DNA of 34,766 nucleotides. Origin: Candidatus Iainarchaeum sp. (GTDB taxonomy: Archaea > B1Sed10-29 > WALL01). Positions 1 to 9,761 of this stretch are shown here, one piece after another. Each line of letters begins with the position of its first letter. Positions within the stretch are counted from its first letter, which is position 1. The notes below the pieces were generated by a model. It was not told where the DNA came from. It searched no databases and saw only the letters and a list, made by a program, of their open reading frames with translations. The translations under genes were made by a program, and so were the position numbers. The stretch is taken from contig JAGGYF010000034.1 in assembly GCA_021162685.1 (NCBI GenBank), positions 1 to 34,766 on the forward strand, in the 5' to 3' direction.

Positions 1-2041
1 CTGATGCTGTGTTACCAACTGAATCAGCTGACTCAACCTCAAAGTAATATGTTGTGCCGTTTTGTAGGCCTGTTAAATCAATTGAGTGGGATGTAACTAA
101 GGTACTGTCAGATTCCTCACTACCTAATGTTGTACAATCAGTTCCATAATATACTACACTTGTTGCATTCTCATCTGTTGTCCATGTTATTGTTGCAGAG
201 GTATTTGTTACAGATGATGAAACAGATGAGATAGTTGGCGGTGTTGTATCAACAGTGAATGTTATCTGCGTGGACGCTGTATTTTTGTTTCCCTGGACAT
301 CCATACATCTCACATAGTATGTGTGATCACCATCTGAAAGACTTGCTAGTGATTCTGAGTGTGAAACACCGCCAGTTGTTGAGAACGTGTTATTCATTGA
401 ATCATAATCCACATCAGATGTATCATATTTACATGTTGCATCCTCGTCTGTTGTGACCTGTAATGTCGTAGTGTTTGTTCCTATTGTTCCTGTTGGCTGT
501 GCATTGCTTATTGTTGGTGGGGTAGTATCAGGCTCAGCTGTCGTGAAATTATAAACATCGCTCTCATTACACTTTCCAGATGCATCACATGATTTAACTT
601 TGTAATAGTATGTAGTATTTGATGTTAATCCGCTAAGTTTGATTGAATGTGATGTTACACTGCTATTATCTGTTACAGTGTTATCAAGTGTGCTTGAACT
701 TGTACCATAATATACAGTGCTGTTGCTTGACTCATCCGTTGTCCATGTTATTGTAGCGTTTTCTGTTGTGATGGATGTTGCAGTAACAGAACTTATTGTT
801 GGTGCTTTCTTATCTGTTGGAGTCCTACAGTTATCAGTGATGTCGTCTACATTCTCATTTCCATCTGTATCAACTGCTGTGACTGCAAAACAGTATTGCA
901 CACCATTTGTTAATCCTGTAACTGTGTAATTCGTTTTGTCCTTTTCATATATCTTCTTTATTGGAGTTAGATCAGAAACGCTGCTTATAGAACTTGTGCT
1001 CTTGTATATCCTATAATGGTCAAAATCAGATGCATCTGACTCATCCCATTCCAAATAAACCTCTCCACCGTTTTCTGTATCCTGTGCCTTTAATCCTGCA
1101 ATTGGGTCTGGTGGAGTTGTATCAGAACCAGTTTTGAATGTGTCTATGTTTGATGTGCCTATGTTTCCAGACATATCCTCTGATACTACCCTGTAGTAGT
1201 ATGTCTTTGATGGAAGCAAATCGCTTATGGTTATAGAGTGAAGGTTGACATATGCAGTCTTCTTCTTCTCGCTTCCCAGGGATTGTGTTGTCCCATATTC
1301 AACCTTAGATGTTGCCTCCTCATCAGTATTCCATGTTATTGTAACTGTTGTTCCAGAAACGCTTACATCAATATCAGATATCTGAGGAGGGGTTTTATCC
1401 TCAACCTTAGATATTGTAAATTCAATCGTCTTAGTAAATGTTCTTCCTGTTGCATCTTCTGCCTCTATTTTCAACGTATGTGTCTTCCTAAGGAGGGAGG
1501 AAGGAGTATATGTAAACGTCTTGTTGTCCTCTGTTGTAAATGTTACTTCCTCATCATCAAGTGTTGTTTTTGTTAGTACTACCTCCTTGTTAAAAGATAA
1601 TGCTATCTCAGGGCTTGTCGTATATATCGTGCTTCCATCAGAGGGAGTTATCTCAGCTGTTATCTCTTTTGTATCAATGGTAAATGTAAGATAGATGTGT
1701 CTTTTGTTTCCAGCAACATCTGTTGCATTTAGTGTGACTGTATGATTTCCATCCTCAAGCGTTACTTCTTTCCTGAAAATAACATGATTTATGTTTGTTA
1801 TATCCTCCGAGATACCATCTATCCTAAAATCTGTTACTATTACTGGCTCATCAAATTCAAAATAGATAGAAATCTTTGATGAGTCAATAAATGTGTTGTT
1901 CTCAGGAGAGACAACGGGCATAGAGAGAGAGGTATCCACAATGATGGTTGGTTCCTGCTCCATGGTCTTATTTGTTTTCTGTGTTTCAACACATCCTGCA
2001 ATGAGTATAAAGAGCATCAACAAAAAAACCTTTGTTTTCAT
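1..2041 (-). CDS. Large cell-surface lipoprotein with Ig-like and fibronectin type III repeats (3' end runs off the window)
   Basis: Manual translation from ATG 2041: MKTKVFLLMLFILIAGC (lipobox), then Ig-like domains (DGNHTVTLNATDVAGN) and repeated FN3 units (DxTPPxIS...TITWxTDE...VxYGT...HSI.L.GL...TYYY.V.S.D..GN). The frame is open to the window edge. Not in the ORF track. Confidence 0.88.
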   Translation of the reverse strand, partial: MKTKVFLLMLFILIAGCVETQKTNKTMEQEPTIIVDTSLSMPVVSPENNTFIDSSKISIYFEFDEPVIVTDFRIDGISEDITNINHVIFRKEVTLEDGNHTVTLNATDVAGNKRHIYLTFTIDTKEITAEITPSDGSTIYTTSPEIALSFNKEVVLTKTTLDDEEVTFTTEDNKTFTYTPSSLLRKTHTLKIEAEDATGRTFTKTIEFTISKVEDKTPPQISDIDVSVSGTTVTITWNTDEEATSKVEYGTTQSLGSEKKKTAYVNLHSITISDLLPSKTYYYRVVSEDMSGNIGTSNIDTFKTGSDTTPPDPIAGLKAQDTENGGEVYLEWDESDASDFDHYRIYKSTSSISSVSDLTPIKKIYEKDKTNYTVTGLTNGVQYCFAVTAVDTDGNENVDDITDNCRTPTDKKAPTISSVTATSITTENATITWTTDESSNSTVYYGTSSSTLDNTVTDNSSVTSHSIKLSGLTSNTTYYYKVKSCDASGKCNESDVYNFTTAEPDTTPPTISNAQPTGTIGTNTTTLQVTTDEDATCKYDTSDVDYDSMNNTFSTTGGVSHSESLASLSDGDHTYYVRCMDVQGNKNTASTQITFTVDTTPPTISSVSSSVTNTSATITWTTDENATSVVYYGTDCTTLGSEESDSTLVTSHSIDLTGLQNGTTYYFEVESADSVGNTAS

Positions 2042-2051
2042 ATGGCATCAC

Positions 2052-3587
2052 TCAAACAAGCTCTTCTATGATCCTGGCAAATGCGGGCCTCACTATGATT
2101 ATACCAACAAGGACTCCTATCATAGTTGTTATAGCAAATCCCTTGAGCATACCAAGACCCAAAGTCATTAGTGGGAACATGGCTGCTATTGTTGTAAATC
2201 CTGCAACTAACACTATATTAAATGCCCTCTTTATCCTTGTTATAAGGGAAACCTCCTCAACTGTTCCCCTTATCGCTTCATCGGATATCACAATAAGATG
2301 GTCAACACCAGTACCTAACGCTGCTATAATACCTGCCATTGCTGGAAGGTCAATCTGCCAGTTTATGATGGACGCAATGCCCAAAATAATCAAAACCTCA
2401 CATATATTGTTGAATATGATGGCAAGTGTTAGTTTTGGTCTTCTGTACCTCACAAAAACGACTGCTGCAACACCAAGCAAACACAAGAGACCTATGTAAA
2501 CTGACTGGCTAAGGAATCCCTTTCCAAGTGTTGGTGAAACTGACATCGTCCCAACAATTGATAGAGAAACGGGCAATCTTCCTGACCTGAGGATCACGAC
2601 CATCTTTGTCATCTCTTTTGTTGCTTCTGCCAGATTTGGCGCATGTCCTGTTATAACTGCCCTTGTTATTGGTTCTCCTGATGTAACCCCAGGTGTCAAA
2701 AACAATACAGACTTTAGATTGAGGGCACTCCAGAGCCAGTATGTATCAACCTTTGGTTTCTTAATAACAGTGACGTTAAGCCTTTCCAATTGTGATATAT
2801 CATATGTGCTATCTTCTGGAATAATCACTTGTGTGTAATTGCCGCTCAAAATCTCATTTATTACCTCATCGTTTATTTCATCTGTTGGGATTATCTTCGT
2901 AAGGGAGTTATGTTCAAGTTCTTTGATATCTATTACATAACTCATTGGATTTGTTGGGTCTATCCTCATCTCAGACTCGTTTTGATATATATCAGTAGGA
3001 ACAAGGATAACAGCATTTTGGGGCCTATCAATAAACATATATATCCTTTCGCATTTTGTCTCTCCCTCTACCTTTCTACATTTGCCCTCTGCAATCTTGG
3101 CGAATCTGTTTGCTCCCTCTGAAGAAAGGGTAAATGGTACTCTCCATTCGCCTGTTGAACTTATGTATCCGTATCCTTCCTGATAGTTGGTTATAATCTG
3201 TTTTAGGTCCTTTGAATAAAGAGCAATCTGTCCATCTATAATCGCCTCAAACCTTCCCTGCTTTGACAGGACATCCTTCAGCACATCTATATTCTTCTCC
3301 TCTTTTTCAGAGACAGAAACTACAATATATTGGTCCTCCCATGGTCTAACAGATATATCCCTCAGGCCAAATCCGTTCAATCTGTTCTCAAGTATCTGAA
3401 CTATTGTCCCCATTGTATCAGGGGATACCTTCCTCTCCAGTTTTAACTGTATAATGGAGCCTCCACTAAAATCCATGCCAAATTGCAATCCTTTGAACGC
3501 AAGTGGGAATATGCCCAATAGTAGCAGAGATGCTATGAGTATCCTTATTCTCCAATCCTTCAAGAGCTTTGTTTTTCCATCCACCAT
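2052..3587 (-). CDS. secD: Protein translocase subunit SecD (archaeal type)
   Basis: GMDFSGGS motif after TM1, RLNGFGL, LRSGRLP, VSPTLG, GTGVD, LKGFA; five C-terminal TM helices; adjacent to secF. Confidence 0.95.
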   Translation of the reverse strand: MVDGKTKLLKDWRIRILIASLLLLGIFPLAFKGLQFGMDFSGGSIIQLKLERKVSPDTMGTIVQILENRLNGFGLRDISVRPWEDQYIVVSVSEKEEKNIDVLKDVLSKQGRFEAIIDGQIALYSKDLKQIITNYQEGYGYISSTGEWRVPFTLSSEGANRFAKIAEGKCRKVEGETKCERIYMFIDRPQNAVILVPTDIYQNESEMRIDPTNPMSYVIDIKELEHNSLTKIIPTDEINDEVINEILSGNYTQVIIPEDSTYDISQLERLNVTVIKKPKVDTYWLWSALNLKSVLFLTPGVTSGEPITRAVITGHAPNLAEATKEMTKMVVILRSGRLPVSLSIVGTMSVSPTLGKGFLSQSVYIGLLCLLGVAAVVFVRYRRPKLTLAIIFNNICEVLIILGIASIINWQIDLPAMAGIIAALGTGVDHLIVISDEAIRGTVEEVSLITRIKRAFNIVLVAGFTTIAAMFPLMTLGLGMLKGFAITTMIGVLVGIIIVRPAFARIIEELV

Positions 3588-4552
3588 TTTAATATCACCG
3601 CATTCATAAACCAGGTTGATGCCAGGTCAGCAGTAAGTCCACACAGAAGTACTGCTGCTATCTGGAATAACACTGTTATTTGTGCAAGATATGAGGAAAT
3701 TGCTAAAATCGCTAGAACAACAAGTGTCGTGCCTGTCATTGTCAAACCTGTAATCATTGCATCCTGGATGCGCTTGGAGATTGTTCCTCCTCCTCTTTTC
3801 AGCACTCTTGTTGTCAGCATAATATCTGTATCAACAGAATAACCAATGAGCATCAATAATGCTGCGATAGTTGCCAATGTTAACGGAATACCAAACAAAG
3901 ACATAGCACCAAGCGCGACAATAATATCAATAATCGCTGAAAGTACAACATACGAAGAGGGGGCAATCTTTCTAAAACTCACAAAAACAATAATTGCCAT
4001 GAAGATAAATGCTAGTATGACAGCCCTCTGCCCCTGTTCCCAAAATGTTTTACTAAATGAGGGGCCAACCTCTCTTACACTTATCTGCTCTTCTGCAGCA
4101 CCAAGAAGTGATGAAAGCAAAGATGCTACCTCGCTTCTGAATTGTGCTTCTGCCATCAATACAACATCTGCTGGCTCATAATTCTTATCCTCTTCTAGTG
4201 TAACATATTTCTTTGCTATCTCCATTGCTTTTTCTGGGTCTTTATCCAACAATGCTCTTGCCTTGAGCAGATCTGGATTGCCAGAGTATTCTATAATCAA
4301 CCCTTTTGTACCAGACACTGGGTTTTCTATAACCCTAACGTTCACTTGCCCAACATTCTTCTGCTCCAGTGCTGACTCTATTTTATGCACATCAACATCC
4401 ACACCACTTGGGAGCTGCACAGTTATACTTGTTCCTCCTTTCAGATCTATGCCCTGCTGTATATTAGGGATAAGGATAAGTGAGATAACTACCAAGATTG
4501 TAGGTATAACGAGATAAAATTTGTAATAACTTTTATCGTATATGTTGAGCAT
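3560..4552 (-). CDS. secF: Protein translocase subunit SecF
   Basis: GIDLKGGT, VGPSF, LMLIGYSVDTDIMLTTRVLK motifs; six TM helices. Confidence 0.95.
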   Translation of the reverse strand: MLNIYDKSYYKFYLVIPTILVVISLILIPNIQQGIDLKGGTSITVQLPSGVDVDVHKIESALEQKNVGQVNVRVIENPVSGTKGLIIEYSGNPDLLKARALLDKDPEKAMEIAKKYVTLEEDKNYEPADVVLMAEAQFRSEVASLLSSLLGAAEEQISVREVGPSFSKTFWEQGQRAVILAFIFMAIIVFVSFRKIAPSSYVVLSAIIDIIVALGAMSLFGIPLTLATIAALLMLIGYSVDTDIMLTTRVLKRGGGTISKRIQDAMITGLTMTGTTLVVLAILAISSYLAQITVLFQIAAVLLCGLTADLASTWFMNAVILKWWMEKQSS

Positions 4553-4607
4553 TTGACCACTTTAGAAATTGAATAGTTTTTTATGGCTTCTTATATATAA
4601 AAATAGT

Positions 4608-5345
4608 ATGGAAGAACCAATTGTTATTATAAGCAAAAATGGCCGTGTTCTTTATAAATTATGGAGGGGAGAGGACATAAGCACAACCGATGGCATCATA
4701 AAAGCGGATGCGATAAGGAAGAAAGGAATTGCAAGAACTAGTAAAGGCGAGTCCTATCTGGTTATGAAGCCACTGCTCAGGGATTACATACAATATATGA
4801 GAAAAGGGGCTAGACCCATATATGAGTATGATGCAGGTATGATTGCCTCCCTACTTTCTCTTCAAAAAGGGGATAATGTTCTTGAAGCTGGGACAGGAAG
4901 TGCATGCACAACATTGGCTTTTGCGAACATTGTTTATCCTGGTAAGGTGTATACGTTTGAGAAAGAGGAGAGGTTCTATGAAATAGCAGTGGAAAACATA
5001 AAACATTCTGGGTTTGATAATATTGTTATCACACATGGTGATATACTGAAACAAAAACTTGACATGATGTATGATGCTGTTTTCCTGGACATGAATGAAC
5101 CTGTTAAAGCTATTGAGCATGTTTGCAAGCATTTAAAACAGGGAAGATTTCTTGCTGTGTTCACACCAGTTATAGATCATGTGAGACCTGTGATTGAGAA
5201 GATGAGTGAGTTAGGATTTGTTCAGATACAGTCCATACAACTTGACCTAAAAGAGGTTGAATTGAAAAAATACCTGAGGATTAAAGGTCTCTTTGGCTTT
5301 CCTGGATTTGTTGTTGTTGGGAGGAAGTTCAGTAATGAGAAATGA
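4608..5345 (+). CDS. trmI: tRNA (adenine-N1)-methyltransferase, TrmI/Trm61 (GCD14) family
   Basis: R-GARPIY, VLEAGTGS SAM-binding motif, DAVFLDM; start placed at MEEPIV (4608). Confidence 0.85.
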   Translation: MEEPIVIISKNGRVLYKLWRGEDISTTDGIIKADAIRKKGIARTSKGESYLVMKPLLRDYIQYMRKGARPIYEYDAGMIASLLSLQKGDNVLEAGTGSACTTLAFANIVYPGKVYTFEKEERFYEIAVENIKHSGFDNIVITHGDILKQKLDMMYDAVFLDMNEPVKAIEHVCKHLKQGRFLAVFTPVIDHVRPVIEKMSELGFVQIQSIQLDLKEVELKKYLRIKGLFGFPGFVVVGRKFSNEK

Positions 5346-5357
5346 ATGCAAACACGT

Positions 5358-5573
5358 TCACTTTTGTCTACACAAGAAATGAAAACTTATGAAGTGCTTT
5401 TTATAGAGAAACTCCCGGGGGTATATCAATTCATGAAACATTATGAAATGTGGTTCCTCTATCTCTATACCGACCTCTTCCCTTACTTCTCTGCGTAGTG
5501 CTTGTTCCATCAGAAGTATCTCTTTGTTTCTATTCACTATCAACGCACCAACTGTTGGCTCTGGATATTCCAT
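5358..5573 (-). pseudogene. Degraded NUDIX hydrolase (internal in-frame deletion plus C-terminal truncation)
   Basis: YPEPTVGALIVN...ILLM is joined directly to EQALRREVREEVG, so the GX5E first half of the Nudix box is missing; stops at 71 aa. Confidence 0.7.
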
Positions 5574-5578
5574 CTAGA

Positions 5579-5692
5579 TCATCGCTTTGTCTTTGGCATT
5601 TGTATCTTCTTCTTTGGTTTTACCACGCTTGCTTCCTTCTTTCCCTTTCCTATGCCCTCTATATGTGGCTTTTTAGGCCTTATCTTTACCAT
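5579..5692 (-). CDS. 37-aa Lys-rich small protein MVKIRPKKPHIEGIGKGKKEASVVKPKKKIQMPKTKR
   Basis: Manual translation; GGTGAGGG Shine-Dalgarno just upstream; fills the gap between the gamma-CA and NUDIX genes in a co-directional run. Confidence 0.6.
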   Translation of the reverse strand: MVKIRPKKPHIEGIGKGKKEASVVKPKKKIQMPKTKR

Positions 5693-6143
5693 ATTCCCTC
5701 ACCAATCTAACGTATTCCTCCGCATTCTCAATTATTCGTTTTATATCATCATCTGTTGTTTTCCTCACAACCTTTGCTGGGATCCCCATGACAACACTAT
5801 TATCTGGCACATGCATGTTTGGCGGCACCAATGCGCCTGCCCCAATAATACAGTTATTTCCTATAATGACACCTGGCAGCAATGTCGCGTTCATACCTAT
5901 AAGAACATTGTTGCCTATGCTCTTGCAATGAACAATTGCTCCATGCCCTATTGTCACATTGTCGCCTATTGTTAAACCCTCGTCCCTAGAAACATGCAAA
6001 ACTGCATTGTCCTGGATGTTTGTGTTCTCTCCAATAACTATCTTGTTGACATCTCCCCTAACAACAGCATTGAACCATATACTTGAATTATCTCCGATAG
6101 ATACATCGCCAGTCACTACTGCATTTTTTGCTATGAATTTCAT
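5673..6143 (-). CDS. Gamma-class carbonic anhydrase family (hexapeptide-repeat) protein
   Basis: WFNAVVRGD, TNIQDNAVLH, VTIGHGAIVH (three His), GIPAKVVR; ATGA overlap with the upstream EamA stop gives start 6143. Confidence 0.92.
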   Translation of the reverse strand: MKFIAKNAVVTGDVSIGDNSSIWFNAVVRGDVNKIVIGENTNIQDNAVLHVSRDEGLTIGDNVTIGHGAIVHCKSIGNNVLIGMNATLLPGVIIGNNCIIGAGALVPPNMHVPDNSVVMGIPAKVVRKTTDDDIKRIIENAEEYVRLVREYGKDKA

Positions 6144-6976
6144 ATCCCTAACCTCAATACAATAATGGCAATCAATGCTATGATTACAGCAACCCATTTC
6201 ATAAATGTTATTCTCTCCCTATAAATGATTTTTGACAATATTATTGATACCATAAGGGAAAGCGCTATAAGTGGATAAATAATAGACGCTGGCCCTTGCC
6301 TCAAAGCCAATATAACTGAGAAGAATGCTGCAACATTCAACAGACCCAATGCAATGCCAATAACATGCGCTCCCTTTTTATGCCCTATCCGTTTGTTGAT
6401 ATGCTTCTCAATAACATATGTTGGAATAGCTGCAAAAAAATATGATGAAGTAATAAACAACCCGATATTAACATTGTTTGACGCAATCTTTATGACTATC
6501 TCTGAAAGCGATATAAAAAACGCAACAAGTATAGCATATCTCACGCCTGTCCTCAGATTCATCCTCCCTCTTTTTTCTATGAGAAGAATCAGCGCAAGCA
6601 GGGAGAGAAAGATGCCCAACATCTGTATGATGGATATATGTTCACCCAAGAGGAAGATTGCAAGTGATGCAGTAAATGCACCATGTAAACCAAATATGGG
6701 AAATGCAATAATGGACTTTATGTGCTTCAATGCCTCTATCTTGAATATATTCGCTATGAGATATGGGCTTACCTGTGCAATAGCAAAAAATAAGGTTATG
6801 AGGAGATTGTCAAATGAGGGGTTTACAACAAAGGAGAGGAAAGCAACTGCTCCCCCAACTGTATAGAAATAGATCAACACTGTTGCTGGGTCATACCTCC
6901 TCTCCTCTGCTACCTTAAAGAGAAAATCAAAGATACCATAGCAGATCATTGATATAATAGCAAGGACAAACCACAT
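6140..6976 (-). CDS. EamA/DMT family transporter
   Basis: About 10 TM helices in two repeats (ALKHIKSIIAFPI...LLGE; ALRQGPASIIYPL...YRE); start at MWFVLA (6976). Confidence 0.88.
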   Translation of the reverse strand: MWFVLAIISMICYGIFDFLFKVAEERRYDPATVLIYFYTVGGAVAFLSFVVNPSFDNLLITLFFAIAQVSPYLIANIFKIEALKHIKSIIAFPIFGLHGAFTASLAIFLLGEHISIIQMLGIFLSLLALILLIEKRGRMNLRTGVRYAILVAFFISLSEIVIKIASNNVNIGLFITSSYFFAAIPTYVIEKHINKRIGHKKGAHVIGIALGLLNVAAFFSVILALRQGPASIIYPLIALSLMVSIILSKIIYRERITFMKWVAVIIALIAIIVLRLGI

Positions 6977-7022
6977 CAAAGGGTTTAAATAATAGGGCAT
7001 ATATAATATGATGGGGAGAGGC

Positions 7023-7511
7023 ATGTTGTATAGAACACTTCTTGCATTGCTCATCATATCAAGCATATGCTATGCTGTTGAGTCACTAAGTGTCCCTCTG
7101 ATGGAGGGCCCTGTCTATTTTAAGGTTACGCTGTATAAGCCAACCAATATAACCATTGTTGCGGGGGATGATGAAGACCTTGCCATGGAACTCAAAAATA
7201 ATGATAGAACAATATTTGTTGATGATAAAAAGGATTACGGAAGAGACAAAGAGAGCTATGAAGCAGAAGCAGGGGAGTGGTTGATTAAGGTGTTCTTTGC
7301 TCCTGACTCTACTGAGCAAACCATTGGCTCATTTACAATTCGTGCGCCTGGCCACAATATATACTATATAGACAAAAGAGAATGGAGTGATAGTAATTAC
7401 TCAGAGTGGTATAACGATATAGAAATGCCAAGCGAGACAGCAGAAGGGGATGTTAGTATCTTTGATGGGTTTCTATCCCTCATCTTTCAGTTTATTGATG
7501 TGTTTTTCTAG
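7023..7511 (+). CDS. Secreted beta-sandwich (PPC-like) protein with a C-terminal hydrophobic/amphipathic tail
   Basis: Signal peptide MLYRTLLALLIISSICYA; D-L...VDD...GEWLIKV pattern; tail SIFDGFLSLIFQFIDVFF. Confidence 0.6.
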   Translation: MLYRTLLALLIISSICYAVESLSVPLMEGPVYFKVTLYKPTNITIVAGDDEDLAMELKNNDRTIFVDDKKDYGRDKESYEAEAGEWLIKVFFAPDSTEQTIGSFTIRAPGHNIYYIDKREWSDSNYSEWYNDIEMPSETAEGDVSIFDGFLSLIFQFIDVFF

Positions 7512-9156
7512 TACTTACTGCAACGCCCCTATCAAAATCCAACATCTCATAAGCAGAAAGCATTGCTCTCCCTGTTGCTATAAGTGTTCCCTTCTCATCA
7601 ACTATAAGGACGTCCATGCCTGCTCTTATTCCCTTGTCTGCGTCACGAACAAACTTCGCAAACACATTTTTTCCCTTACTGACAAAAGGTATTGCATCCT
7701 CTGAAACTGCCACCCTCCAATGCTTTGTTTTTTTGTATAATCTATGTGCTATATTATGCAATATGGGTAGATAATCACTTGCTCTCATGGTTGCTAATAG
7801 CTCGCCATCTTTTGAATAAATTGCACGTATTCTACCTGTTTTCTTTGAGCGCTCTATTCTGACGTTTTTAGGGAATATGTTTTTCACACCATAGATGTAT
7901 TCAAATATCGCATTGATCTCATCTATGCCCTGAACATCAATATCAACATCTGGTTTTGGAACGATTTGGCCAAAAGGATACATGTTCAGAACTTCACACG
8001 GAACATCTTTGAATGGTGGGATGTTTACATACCTCCTGCTTTTCAGACGCTTTTTTGAATGCCTGTAAACCTCAATCCTATTGCTGCTCTCGTGTGATAA
8101 AACAAAAAATCGCTTCTTTGTTATTGGATCAAGTTTCTCAATGAATGGAGCATATCTTTTCATCCTCTTGAATGCCTCATAGAGCATAGGATGGGCTCTT
8201 GCTCTTTCTTCAAGGAGTTCCCATAAGGTATTCTCGTATATAGATTGTTTTATGCGGTCCATCTCCTCAAATGTTATGTATAGGTTGTGCTTCGCAAGCA
8301 ATTCCTCATCCATCTCATCAGGTGAATGTGATGAGCAAACAGGGCATGAACACGGCAGATATTTCATATTATTTATGTCATAGGTGCCGCTGACTGTCAT
8401 ATACTTTCCCTTCTTTGCAAACAAGGCATATGCAGCAGAATCAAAGATGTCACATCCCATTGCAACTGCGAATGCAAAGAACATAGGATGGCCAGCACCG
8501 AAATGATGTACTGGCTTGTTCAATGGAATGTTTTGTTTCACTGCAGCAATGATATCAATATTCAATGCAAACTCGTAGTTATTCATGAACGGCACAACTG
8601 TACCAATAGGATAGATATCAAAGTTAAGTCTTGCCATCTGCCTTGCATGTTTTGTTCTTATATCTAAATACTGCGCGCCTTGTATTGGGCCCGCCCACAA
8701 CCTCTCACTGTCTATTATTGCCTTTGCCTCTCTTGCCCTCTTTAATGTCTCTTTGCAGTTTGCCTCAACCTGCTTTTTTGTTCCAAGACCAGGAACATCT
8801 AGAAAAACGCCTATGTCCACATCCATCTTCTGCTGAAATCTAATTATCTCCCTATTTGTAACATCTATGCTTCCATACTGCATAAACTGGAATGCACCAG
8901 AGTCTGTCATTATTGGCCCATCAAAACCAATGAGCTTATGTGCTCCTTTCTTAACTGCCTCCTCTCTTCTGTGCTTCCATAGTATGTAGGCATTTGTTAT
9001 AATCGCCTGGGCGCCCATCTTCTTTATCTTCTTTGGGTGTATGGTTTGGGTAAGAGGGTTTATAACAGGGAGAATTGTAGGAGTCTCTATCTTTCCGTGT
9101 CTTGTTTTGAAACGTGCTATTCTCGCCCCAAGGTCCTTTTGAAGTATCTCTAACAA
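7492..9156 (-). CDS. tgtA: Archaeosine tRNA-guanine(15) transglycosylase
   Basis: ETPTILPVINP, MTDSGAFQ, HHFGAGHP, GCDIFDSAAY, Zn site CSCPVC...HN, C-terminal PUA domain; TTG start. Confidence 0.96.
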   Translation of the reverse strand: MLEILQKDLGARIARFKTRHGKIETPTILPVINPLTQTIHPKKIKKMGAQAIITNAYILWKHRREEAVKKGAHKLIGFDGPIMTDSGAFQFMQYGSIDVTNREIIRFQQKMDVDIGVFLDVPGLGTKKQVEANCKETLKRAREAKAIIDSERLWAGPIQGAQYLDIRTKHARQMARLNFDIYPIGTVVPFMNNYEFALNIDIIAAVKQNIPLNKPVHHFGAGHPMFFAFAVAMGCDIFDSAAYALFAKKGKYMTVSGTYDINNMKYLPCSCPVCSSHSPDEMDEELLAKHNLYITFEEMDRIKQSIYENTLWELLEERARAHPMLYEAFKRMKRYAPFIEKLDPITKKRFFVLSHESSNRIEVYRHSKKRLKSRRYVNIPPFKDVPCEVLNMYPFGQIVPKPDVDIDVQGIDEINAIFEYIYGVKNIFPKNVRIERSKKTGRIRAIYSKDGELLATMRASDYLPILHNIAHRLYKKTKHWRVAVSEDAIPFVSKGKNVFAKFVRDADKGIRAGMDVLIVDEKGTLIATGRAMLSAYEMLDFDRGVAVSTRKTHQ

Positions 9157-9160
9157 ATCA

Positions 9161-9709
9161 TCACTTCCTCAGGTAGAACAGCATAACAACAATGATTATC
9201 AGAATTAGTGCAGCAACAGATACTGAGATATAATTCACATAGTTTGCATAGTCTCTTGCGCTTTCATAATTCTCTGCTTGCGGGTGCTCCAGTTTGTATA
9301 TCCTCATCTGCAATTCCATACTTAAATTTCCTGGTATCTCCGAGCTGTGCAGTTTGTATACTGTGCCTGCCTTATCATATGCCTCCTTCGCTAGGTCTTT
9401 TCTTCCTGCCTCTCTATACATGTCCCCTGCTGTCATGTACCATATCATCTGTTTGTCATAATCTCCTGCAACATCATATTGTTCTGATGCATTGAAATAG
9501 TAATTGCCCGCCTGGAGATAATGGCTATATGCCAATTCCTCTTCATTGCTCTCCTGGAAACATTCTGCTGCATTTCTATAAATCTCTCCTAATCTTGCAA
9601 GGTCTGCGTAATTATCTGTAGTCAATCCTTGGGCATTATCCAGTATGGAAAGGCATGTGGAGGAATATGCGCTTGCGATAAGCAACACAAGGAGCAGGGC
9701 TCGTCTCAT
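9161..9709 (-). CDS. Type-I membrane protein with a TPR/SNAP-like helical ectodomain
   Basis: Signal peptide MRRALLLVLLIASAYS, A..Y..AG..Y helical repeats, C-terminal TM followed by RK. Confidence 0.6.
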   Translation of the reverse strand: MRRALLLVLLIASAYSSTCLSILDNAQGLTTDNYADLARLGEIYRNAAECFQESNEEELAYSHYLQAGNYYFNASEQYDVAGDYDKQMIWYMTAGDMYREAGRKDLAKEAYDKAGTVYKLHSSEIPGNLSMELQMRIYKLEHPQAENYESARDYANYVNYISVSVAALILIIIVVMLFYLRK

Positions 9710-9761
9710 GCTATAGTTTTTGTGTGATAAAGTATATAAGCATTCATTACGAGAAAACATT

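Noticed and set aside
259-2499. Plus-strand ORFs over the FN3 and secD genes, and the other antisense or nested ORFs in the track
   Set aside because: Shadow ORFs of well-supported genes, with no recognisable motifs
5341-5360. TGA read-through or selenocysteine in the NUDIX gene
   Set aside because: TGA is an ordinary stop in many genes here, no SECIS is evident, and the downstream frame runs into the antisense of trmI
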